This document shows positions 38,038 to 45,765 of a stretch of DNA of 45,765 bases, one piece after another. The stretch comes from an uncultured Nitrososphaerota archaeon (GTDB lineage Archaea; Thermoproteota; EX4484-205; JAAOZO01): contig CAYOYV010000014.1 of NCBI GenBank assembly GCA_964408285.1, positions 1-45,765 of the forward strand, read 5' to 3'. The notes beneath the pieces were generated by a model. That model saw only the letters and a list, made by a program, of their open reading frames with translations, was not told the origin of the DNA and ran no database searches. Position 1 is the first letter of the stretch, and every line of letters starts with the position of its first letter. The position numbers and the translations under genes were made by a program.

Positions 38038-41000
38038 TTCTCCAAGGAATTTGCTCAGGGATTCGCTCCTTCGCTTCGACTCGACCTTCGTGCCTGGTAG
38101 GTCCTCTTTCTTTTCTGTGCGGCTTGGCAGATGCTTAAGTTCTTGCCCAAGCGATTTCAGGGCCTCCAAGTAGTATGGATCCAGTTCGTATTTGCTCGTG
38201 AGCAATTCGATCATATTGAAGTATTTCACTACGTTTGACACGAATACGTTTGGCTGGACCACATAACCGCATCTCCTGCAATGGCCTGACAGTGGCGGTC
38301 TCCTATACCTTTCACCGCATTTCGTACATCTGAAACCCGACGAATAGAGTGCCTTCACGTTGCCAGAGAAATCACGGATCAAGTGGGTATCGAGTATGTT
38401 TTGAAGGATCTTTTTCTTGTTCAAAGAAGAGAGGCGATCGAGCAGATTCAATTGCGCTAGAAACTTCTCCGATGCGGTCTTTATCGTCCTATATTTCGAA
38501 ATCAAGGGACCCGCTGTCACGTCCTGCGTTGCATGGGTGCAAGCAAGAACAGCTGGTGCTTCTGGCCCTACTAGGTTCACAATGTCGCGTAGTTCCGAGG
38601 GCGAACTCCTCTGCTCTGAAATCGTGTAGAAGGCTAACGGCAGGGATGCTGAGTTCTCCATATTGTAGATCTGATCGTCGATTTCCCTAGGATTGATTAT
38701 CGGAAAAACAACAAGGGGCGAATCCATCTTCCCGCCAGGTCTACTTGGGGTATACCTCTTGCTGAAATTCATGAAGACATCCAGGGCGAGAGTGAAGGAA
38801 TCGGCGTCGCCGTCACAATCTCTTCTTTTCGCTTGGTGATAATATGGATGTGCATAGAGGACCTCTGCGCCTGTGAACCCGATTATCCTACCGACTATTC
38901 CACCTACCGTATGAGGAGAGATGGAGATTATGTGCTTGCCAATCAGATCCCCCTCATTTGACGCGCGGTAGCAGGGTTCCAGCCCGTGCGTTTGTAGCGA
39001 CCGATCTAGGAATTTAGACAATCCGACCAAGAAAGAGATTGCTTTCCTTGGCATTAGAACATCCTGTGGTTTGAGAAAGACAAGTTGATCCTCTGAGGAA
39101 AGAGGTTTCCCTTCGACATCTCGGTCATATCCTAATTCCAACAGCCTATGGAGTCCGGTGCCTGTCTCTTTTGGTTTGAACGCTGTCAATGGGGCGTTAG
39201 AAGCGTCAAATCTACACGTTCCGTCCCTGTACACGAATAGATTGAAGGCGGCTCTCAGTATTCCCTTCTCAAGGGGCTCTGCTATCCTCTCATCGTTCAT
39301 CAAAGACTTCACTCCCTTTATTCTATTTGGAAGGCTATGCAAGCCGATCGCTTCTTGGGCTCTTCGAATCTCTTGCTGGAGGTTAACGGTCATCTGCCCA
39401 AAGGGCCTTCCCTCCGAACCACACTTCTTGCAAGTGAAGTTCTCACATGGCGAACCACATTTTGGACACGTTCTCTGTTCAATTGTGTCCTTCGAACATT
39501 CAGGGCATTTTGTGTGAAAGGTCCTTATGTTACACGAGGGACATCTTCTGTTTATGATTTCGACTTTTATTGATCCTTTCCCTTCTGCCTTCCTTAGATC
39601 TCTAGAGGGCCCGCCGGCGTTCCCGACAGGAAAAAGCAGATTAACGGGAGGTTTCATCAAGCGCGGTTTCGCTGCCTCAGGACGACCAAATCTTGCCGAT
39701 ATCGTAGAGCCTATTGTTTCCTTCAGTGGTATGTTCAGGGCCCGAGCTATGTACGATAGGCCACTCTCCTTTGATTGGGGAAGCACAAGCGAGGCAGTCG
39801 TGCATAGTAGGTGAATCAACGGGACAGACGAATCAATCACCGTGGTCGTCCCTCCATCAGTCCTGTGAAGCATGACTGCCTTGTTTAGGATCTCATCTAT
39901 CGAACTATCGCTGTGGAATACTATTCCGTTATCCATGAATTGTGCCTTCTGCTTGAGGAACTTGCACAGCTCGAGGACTTCGTCCCCGGTGCAGCGTTCC
40001 CAGAAATTCACATAGCGGGGATGGAGCGGTATACCGAACCTAGTTGCTATCTTGAGTGCCTCCTTGAAGTCGGGATAGGACTTAGGGGGCGCGGACAAGA
40101 AGAGGGCGAGTCTTTCCTCGTCCGTTTCGAGAAGTTGAGCAGCTGACTTTATACCATCGGGGAGTTCAGAGGCTTTCTGCGCAAGGCTCGCCGCCCACCA
40201 CTCGCCTGTAAAGGCGGAGACATCTAGCCTCTTGTTGTTTTCTATATAGTCCCCAACGGAGATCAGGATATCTCCGAGAAACAGCACCTCCTTTATTTGT
40301 GGATCGATTTCGGCCCAGTCTACTGCCCCCTCTAGCTTAACCACTGAACCGTCCTTCAACTTCACCACTGGGGGCTCGATTGAATCAACTGGAACAACAA
40401 CGCTGGACTTTCCAGGCCTATCGATCCTTAATTGAGAACCAACTGCTACGAATGAATCCACTACGCCCATTGTGTTAGGATGCACGCCTATGGCTGCTAG
40501 GCCGGTGTTCCTGGCACGTCCATAACGGATCCTGAACCCACCAAATGAATTCACCGAGGATAAGACTGGTCGGCCAATCAAAACCTCGTTCATGTGAGAG
40601 GATTCGGTTCTCGTGGCTTTTACCTCGCTCAACCAGTCCCAACCCGACAGATTCAGTTCCCTCACGAACTTCAGGACCTTCTCTGCCCTTCCTATGAAAC
40701 CGTCTATGAGTACCCTGAGGGCACCCCCGCGAATGAAGTTCGTCTCTATCCTGGGAAGGTTCTTGTGCGTAAGGACCTCAAACGGATCTGTCCCAACTCC
40801 GGTGACCTCTATTGGCATCCTCTGGAGGACGAAAAGGAGTTGCTCTTCCGAGGTCCTATATTGGAATCTGCTGACCTTCCTCTCACATATCTTGTATTCT
40901 TCTATGAACCTTGCAATTTCCTCAGGAGACGGTATGTAGTTTGAGAGGTGAAGAGCCGAGCGAACGAAGTCGCCTATCAGGATAGAGAGGGCCTGTTCCG

Positions 41001-41463
41001 TTCCGCCGGCAGACCTCATAGGCCCAGCGAAATATATAGCAAGATAATTTGACCTGTCCGGATTTTGTTTTAGCCTTGCGCTTGTTATTCCCTCCAACGG
41101 GGCAGCGGTTGATCCAGGAGGAGTGATACAACCCAGCCCGGCCCGTATTGCCAGAAGGGCTCTTGCCTCGTCTTCGAAGGACCCGAATCTGCCATATATT
41201 ACATCCTCGGCTATCTTGAACGGGACTTGGCTTCTGGGCAGTTGTTTGCACAGCTCCTCGAATCTGTTCGCTAGCCCTTCGAGGCCCAGCAGATATTCCA
41301 GCGTTTCTCCATGAGAGAATACTATTTTCGATTCCACCATGGGAATTGGATCTTCTGATTTCTCCTTGGCCTTGGAAGCCAGATCATACAGGGTATTGAT
41401 TTCTCCAAGTAGATCCTGTTCGTACTTATCAGAGGGATGGGGCTGGTTCCTGTTCGCTACCAT
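38029..41463 (-). CDS. polC: DNA polymerase D large subunit (DP2)
   Basis: YFAGPMRSAGGT, RGGA.RV, GGFRIRYGRARNTG, LEKGILRA, DGT.RFD, KRRDCDGDAD, GG.MD.PL and zinc fingers; no intein apparent. Confidence 0.96.
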   Translation of the reverse strand: MVANRNQPHPSDKYEQDLLGEINTLYDLASKAKEKSEDPIPMVESKIVFSHGETLEYLLGLEGLANRFEELCKQLPRSQVPFKIAEDVIYGRFGSFEDEARALLAIRAGLGCITPPGSTAAPLEGITSARLKQNPDRSNYLAIYFAGPMRSAGGTEQALSILIGDFVRSALHLSNYIPSPEEIARFIEEYKICERKVSRFQYRTSEEQLLFVLQRMPIEVTGVGTDPFEVLTHKNLPRIETNFIRGGALRVLIDGFIGRAEKVLKFVRELNLSGWDWLSEVKATRTESSHMNEVLIGRPVLSSVNSFGGFRIRYGRARNTGLAAIGVHPNTMGVVDSFVAVGSQLRIDRPGKSSVVVPVDSIEPPVVKLKDGSVVKLEGAVDWAEIDPQIKEVLFLGDILISVGDYIENNKRLDVSAFTGEWWAASLAQKASELPDGIKSAAQLLETDEERLALFLSAPPKSYPDFKEALKIATRFGIPLHPRYVNFWERCTGDEVLELCKFLKQKAQFMDNGIVFHSDSSIDEILNKAVMLHRTDGGTTTVIDSSVPLIHLLCTTASLVLPQSKESGLSYIARALNIPLKETIGSTISARFGRPEAAKPRLMKPPVNLLFPVGNAGGPSRDLRKAEGKGSIKVEIINRRCPSCNIRTFHTKCPECSKDTIEQRTCPKCGSPCENFTCKKCGSEGRPFGQMTVNLQQEIRRAQEAIGLHSLPNRIKGVKSLMNDERIAEPLEKGILRAAFNLFVYRDGTCRFDASNAPLTAFKPKETGTGLHRLLELGYDRDVEGKPLSSEDQLVFLKPQDVLMPRKAISFLVGLSKFLDRSLQTHGLEPCYRASNEGDLIGKHIISISPHTVGGIVGRIIGFTGAEVLYAHPYYHQAKRRDCDGDADSFTLALDVFMNFSKRYTPSRPGGKMDSPLVVFPIINPREIDDQIYNMENSASLPLAFYTISEQRSSPSELRDIVNLVGPEAPAVLACTHATQDVTAGPLISKYRTIKTASEKFLAQLNLLDRLSSLNKKKILQNILDTHLIRDFSGNVKALYSSGFRCTKCGERYRRPPLSGHCRRCGYVVQPNVFVSNVVKYFNMIELLTSKYELDPYYLEALKSLGQELKHLPSRTEKKEDLPGTKVESKRRSESLSKFLGESA

Positions 41464-41474
41464 TTATGAACTCC

Positions 41475-42266
41475 TCAGGCTTTAGCCCGCCTTCTTTCTA
41501 CTCCCTCTTTACACCCAGCGAGTATCTCCTTTATCTTGGCTCTCATCTCTGCCTCTCCTTCTAGGACATTCCCGGTAACTATGGCGTCTGCGCCTGCCTC
41601 TACTAAAGATTCTGCGATCTTTCCGTTAGTTATTCCACCCCCGACCATTATCGTAGACTTCACAAACCTGCGAGAATATGCTATGAACTCTGGGGGTATG
41701 TGCGTTGGTGCACCAGAGCCTCCCTCGAAATAGACGAATCTCATTCCCAGGGCTTCCGCAGCCATTGCATAGGCTGCACCGATTTCCTGTCGTTCATAGG
41801 GAATCGGCCTTGCACGACCCACATAGCCCACGGTCCCTCCGTAACCCACGATTATATACGCAAGAGGAATCGGCTCTAGGTGAAACTTCTTAATGCCGGG
41901 TATTCCCAGCATCTGCGCGCCGATTATATAATACGGATCGTCAGAGTTAAGAAGACTCATAAACCAAATGGCGTCTGCACCGCGCGCAACGGAAGCCGTA
42001 TTGCTCGGGAATATCAAAACAGGCAGTTTGCCATTCCTCTTTACTTCGGATATGACGGCCTCGTAATCGGAAGCCATCTGTGCTGTGGTGCCACCAATCA
42101 TTATAGCAGTAGCCCCTTCCTCGGAAGCAACTCGAGACAGAGTCGAAACGTCCCCCGGTTTTTCCGGATCAATCAAGATAAAGTAACAGACCCCTTCAGA
42201 CAGAAGCTTGTCTTGTAAGTACTTCTCCGTTTTGCCGATGCTGATACCGGTTTGAGGCGTTGCCAT
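41475..42266 (-). CDS. geranylgeranylglyceryl phosphate synthase
   Basis: LIDPEK, IMIGG, FPSN, SLLNS.DPY.I.G, Y.EGGSGA, VGGGI and GAD.IVTGN motifs. Confidence 0.92.
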   Translation of the reverse strand: MATPQTGISIGKTEKYLQDKLLSEGVCYFILIDPEKPGDVSTLSRVASEEGATAIMIGGTTAQMASDYEAVISEVKRNGKLPVLIFPSNTASVARGADAIWFMSLLNSDDPYYIIGAQMLGIPGIKKFHLEPIPLAYIIVGYGGTVGYVGRARPIPYERQEIGAAYAMAAEALGMRFVYFEGGSGAPTHIPPEFIAYSRRFVKSTIMVGGGITNGKIAESLVEAGADAIVTGNVLEGEAEMRAKIKEILAGCKEGVERRRAKA

Positions 42267-42267
42267 C

Positions 42268-42522
42268 CTAACTCGTCGTCCCCACGCTTTGCGTCTGCTT
42301 GAAGAAGTCATCGACAAACATGTTATATGCATCAACGGCCTTCATTATCGACTTTACCTCGTACGTCCCCGAGAGACCACAGCTTCCGCACTTTACGAAC
42401 GATTTGTTGGCCTCTTTGTCCGGTTGAACCGAAACCGATGTAGATCCGCATTTGGGGCAGTTGAAGATGGTTGGAATCTTCTTCCTGACGATTTTGATTT
42501 CCTTTCGCCGCTTCCTTCCCAT
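42268..42522 (-). CDS. elf1: transcription elongation factor Elf1
   Basis: MGRKRRK...F.CPKCG...CGSCG...VDAYN.FVD; BRE-TATA at 42545-42559 favours a leaderless ATG at 42522. Confidence 0.88.
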   Translation of the reverse strand: MGRKRRKEIKIVRKKIPTIFNCPKCGSTSVSVQPDKEANKSFVKCGSCGLSGTYEVKSIMKAVDAYNMFVDDFFKQTQSVGTTS

Positions 42523-42806
42523 TTGGTGGGACATAGTCCCTTTGTTTAAAAAAGCTTTCAGCCCCTAGGCATCTTGGCAATAATCAGTTCTAACTAAGTG
42601 AAATCGTCCAATTCCAGTCCGCCCAATTTAGTTGCTGGATAGCTTCTTTGAGAGATGTGCAATCGGTCTCGTTGAGGAGTAATCGCTATCTAAACCGAAT
42701 ACAACGGAGGTACGGCAACCGATTCTTGGTCCTCCCACTACTCAAAGACATGCGATCCCGCTCATTAAGTGATTAGCGCTCTCTTGAACTGCGAGGCCCA
42801 CATCTA

Positions 42807-43598
42807 TTATTGTTCCTCGATGGCTCTTGCCACCAGATTCATCGCCGTGAGAGGGGTGAAGGGCTGTTGAGTTGCTAGGCTTCCGTATGCTGCGAGCGTT
42901 TCCCAACCAGCCTCCTGTAATAGAGAGGCTAGCTCGCTTGCACTGTAAATATATATGTCGAAACCTATCCTGTCGATGAACTTTAAGTCGTCCCCTTCCT
43001 TTGCGTAGAACGACCAAACATTCTTCAGTCTTGATGTAAGCGTGTTCCATACCGGGTTCTCGAGTACGACTGTGTCTTCGTATTGTGTGAATAGAGAGGG
43101 GCCAAATCTCAGATTCGCATAGTCCCTGTGGGATGCTTCGGCGATGAAAAGGAGGCCTCCCTCCCTTGTTAGTCGCCTTGCCTGCCTGAATATGCTCAAA
43201 TCGTCGTTTCTACCGAAGAATCCGATTGAGGTCCAAGCATTCACTACGGCATCGAAATATCCGGCTTCAGGAAGGAGTTCGAGGAGTTTTCTGGCGTCTC
43301 CCTGTACGAATTTTACGCTCTCAGAGACTCCGAGAGCCTTCGCTCTGGATATGGCGTCGTCTATGAAAATTGGTGAGACATCTACGCCAACAGCCGAGAA
43401 CCCCTTTCTTGCGAATGTTACCGAGACCCGTCCGTTCCCGCAGAACAGATCGAGGATCCTTCCCTTTTCAATCCCGTAATCCTTCAGTATCTTCACCATC
43501 CCATCTACCAGGAGCTCGGTTCTTGCCCATCTCGGATTCATTATCTTAAGAAACAGGTCCGCCCGGTCAACAAACATTTTCTTGGCCCAGTCTTCCAT
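42807..43598 (-). CDS. class I SAM-dependent methyltransferase
   Basis: ILDLFCGNGR, GVDVS, GDAR, FDAV.N.WTSIGFF and GG.L. Confidence 0.88.
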   Translation of the reverse strand: MEDWAKKMFVDRADLFLKIMNPRWARTELLVDGMVKILKDYGIEKGRILDLFCGNGRVSVTFARKGFSAVGVDVSPIFIDDAISRAKALGVSESVKFVQGDARKLLELLPEAGYFDAVVNAWTSIGFFGRNDDLSIFRQARRLTREGGLLFIAEASHRDYANLRFGPSLFTQYEDTVVLENPVWNTLTSRLKNVWSFYAKEGDDLKFIDRIGFDIYIYSASELASLLQEAGWETLAAYGSLATQQPFTPLTAMNLVARAIEEQ

Positions 43599-43696
43599 TG
43601 TCCATGTAATTAGGACGCCTCGAGTTAAAAAGTCATATGTTTGCTTCTTCCTACGGCGATTAACTTTTTAGCGTGCCGTAGGAAAACATTATTGAC

Positions 43697-44131
43697 ATGC
43701 CCAAGGAAAGTAAAAGACAGGATGATCTTGGAACCGTTGAGGAGTTCTTGATAAGCAGGTCGAACCTAACAGATGCGCAAGTCGCCGTCGCGAGGTCCTT
43801 CACGGAACGCAAGTACCTCGTGTCAAAGGAAGGCAGGACAAGAAAATATCGGATAAGAGAGGGCTCAAGAGCCGTGAGCAAAGGGACCTTCTTCAGGGTC
43901 CTGGGTCAAGCTAAGGCAAACGTGAGAAGAGCGTTGTATACGATCTTGCTGTTGTCGTTCTACGAAATGATAGACGAGAGGGCCATAGACAATCTAATCA
44001 GAACCGGTTTCCTCCTCAAAGAGGCAACGCAGAGGGAGTCACATATCGAACGTGATAGATTACGCCAAATTCTGCAAAGCGTCGAAGAGAATATGGCGAT
44101 CGAGACAAACAATGCCTTTGGAAAGCAATAA
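43697..44131 (+). CDS. hypothetical protein, possible helix-turn-helix DNA-binding
   Basis: SNLT..Q and VSKGTFFRVL.QAK.N resemble a recognition helix; divergent from the methyltransferase gene. Confidence 0.6.
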   Translation: MPKESKRQDDLGTVEEFLISRSNLTDAQVAVARSFTERKYLVSKEGRTRKYRIREGSRAVSKGTFFRVLGQAKANVRRALYTILLLSFYEMIDERAIDNLIRTGFLLKEATQRESHIERDRLRQILQSVEENMAIETNNAFGKQ

Positions 44132-44251
44132 ACCCCTTTTGAGCGCACGAGTATCAAAAAGATGTGCCTCGGCCCCATAGAAAGAGCGTGTTCATTATGG
44201 CACAACCTTGAAACCGGGGGTAGGCCTAGGCTTTGTAACGGTGAAGTTTTC

Positions 44252-45763
44252 CTAGAAGCCCTCAAAAAAGGCGAAAACGACCATAGATATTGATAGGTTC
44301 GCTAGTAACAAGACATACATGTGATCTATTATTCCTGTCAAAAGCAACGGCAAAAACCAAAGGCCCCAGATTAATATTAGAAGAATACCTGCTCTTACAA
44401 GATTTATCCTTGATTTACCCTGAGAAACGCCTTGTTTTTTAATACCTTCGTTTTCGGCATATGGAGTGAGTATCACGAGCATAGTTACTATTAGGGGGTA
44501 CATGATCACAAGCATTAGCCAGTCTACCTTAGGGATAATTCCGAGCGTTTCCAAGAAAAGATAGAGGACATCAATCACAAGGGGAATACTGATAAGGACC
44601 AAATTTCTCCGTCTTTTCTCCTTTCCAAGATCTAGCCCCCTCTTTACTAATCGAACCGCCTCCCCTCTGTTGGTCAACGAAGTCAATACGAAGGCGATTG
44701 CAACAAGGCCTAACAAGCTTATTAAGAGAAAGACATTATAGAAAGCATAGAATGGCTGAAGAGGCCAATTTAGAACCGGGATATTATCAAAAAAGGGCCA
44801 CCATTCTCCTTTATGATTCCAATAGATCATCGGGAAGCTCAACAAAGACCAAATCATTGCTAAAGAGAGGATTATCTGAACAAGTAATCCTTTAGTGGTA
44901 ACCGCTTTCGTTCCAACCTTATTTGGTTCCCTATCCGTTATATTTCCGCCTAGATGTTCGTTTTTCGATATGTTGATTCTCCGCAATAATGTCTTACCTA
45001 CTACATACGTTGACGCCAAAACAAGAACCACATCGAGACCCATTGTTGCAAAAAGAAGTAAGAGATCGCCCGCTGTCCGGATCACGACCGGATATTCATA
45101 ATATTCGTTAGATGCACTATCTACAGTTTCTTGCTTAAACAGATCAGAAATCCGATATGTATGGGGGCCTTTAGCTAATTCCTCTTTTAGATTGATTTTA
45201 ACGACCTCTTGAAACTGGTGGAAGTGATACAGATAGATATCCCCATTCGTCACGTCGAAAATGTTGGAATACACGGTATTAACATACGGCCCTTCAAAAT
45301 GAACTGCATCTAAAATAGATGCAATGGATTCTATCGACATGTTATCATTTGTAACAATATTATTCAGTTTTTGCTCCGCAACGCTATATCTTCTAATCGC
45401 GTTTGATCCTGGATTGCCGCGTGAAGGGTCATCCACATAAAAATTGGTTGCTAGTTGGAACCTTCCGTCATTGCGAAAGAAACTGAATTCTCCATCTTCC
45501 CCGATGTGAAATACTACTGATTCCCCTGATTTATCTACGTAGAACGATTGGACGCTTCCCTCTTGTTGATAGACGTTATGCGTTCTTTTATACTCAATAA
45601 CTTCGCTAATTGTTTCGCAACTGAATATCTCTGGAACCAAATAACGAGGCCTCTCATTATGAAGATTTGGTTCCGTATAAGGAACAGAGGTCGAGTCAAA
45701 AGCTAAACCCTTTTCATTCATGCCTCCCTGATACCAGCTATATCCAGTTCCATTCGCATAACC
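44252..45763 (-). CDS. Ntn-hydrolase-like (choloylglycine hydrolase / C45-like) domain fused to a multi-TM region; 5' end outside the window
   Basis: Frame open to the window edge (GYANGTGYSWYQGGMNEKGL); GMNEKGL, D..G.S, ATNF and TVYSNIFD motifs; about 7 TM helices C-terminally. Confidence 0.7.
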   Translation of the reverse strand, partial: GYANGTGYSWYQGGMNEKGLAFDSTSVPYTEPNLHNERPRYLVPEIFSCETISEVIEYKRTHNVYQQEGSVQSFYVDKSGESVVFHIGEDGEFSFFRNDGRFQLATNFYVDDPSRGNPGSNAIRRYSVAEQKLNNIVTNDNMSIESIASILDAVHFEGPYVNTVYSNIFDVTNGDIYLYHFHQFQEVVKINLKEELAKGPHTYRISDLFKQETVDSASNEYYEYPVVIRTAGDLLLLFATMGLDVVLVLASTYVVGKTLLRRINISKNEHLGGNITDREPNKVGTKAVTTKGLLVQIILSLAMIWSLLSFPMIYWNHKGEWWPFFDNIPVLNWPLQPFYAFYNVFLLISLLGLVAIAFVLTSLTNRGEAVRLVKRGLDLGKEKRRRNLVLISIPLVIDVLYLFLETLGIIPKVDWLMLVIMYPLIVTMLVILTPYAENEGIKKQGVSQGKSRINLVRAGILLILIWGLWFLPLLLTGIIDHMYVLLLANLSISMVVFAFFEGF

Positions 45764-45765
45764 CA

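Noticed and set aside
1-45765. CRISPR arrays, IS elements, integrases, att-site duplications of tRNA 3' ends, inteins, rRNA
   Set aside because: None were detected by eye; short or degenerate copies could have been missed.

Overview
Core-genome segment of a TACK-superphylum archaeon that is probably not a classical crenarchaeote (it has PolD large subunit DP2, Elf1, topoisomerase VI and GGGP synthase). It carries mostly translation, tRNA-modification, ribosome-biogenesis, purine and envelope genes. No CRISPR array, rRNA, transposase or integrase was seen. The main signal is pervasive bulge-helix-bulge (BHB/BHL) splicing. All six tRNA genes are interrupted (10 introns, 9 at non-canonical positions). 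The aIF5A protein-coding gene is also split by a 19-nt BHB/BHL-type insert inside the codon of the hypusine-acceptor lysine, and it heads an apparent operon containing deoxyhypusine synthase. Other points of note: a full-length ribophorin I-like protein near an aglH-like gene, a MetRS with no ATG/GTG/TTG start in the open frame before its HIGH motif, an IleRS with a GVHH signature, two tRNAs encoding C55, and a thioester-domain-like PEF-CTERM surface protein. All calls come from manual reading and motif recall; no searches were run.
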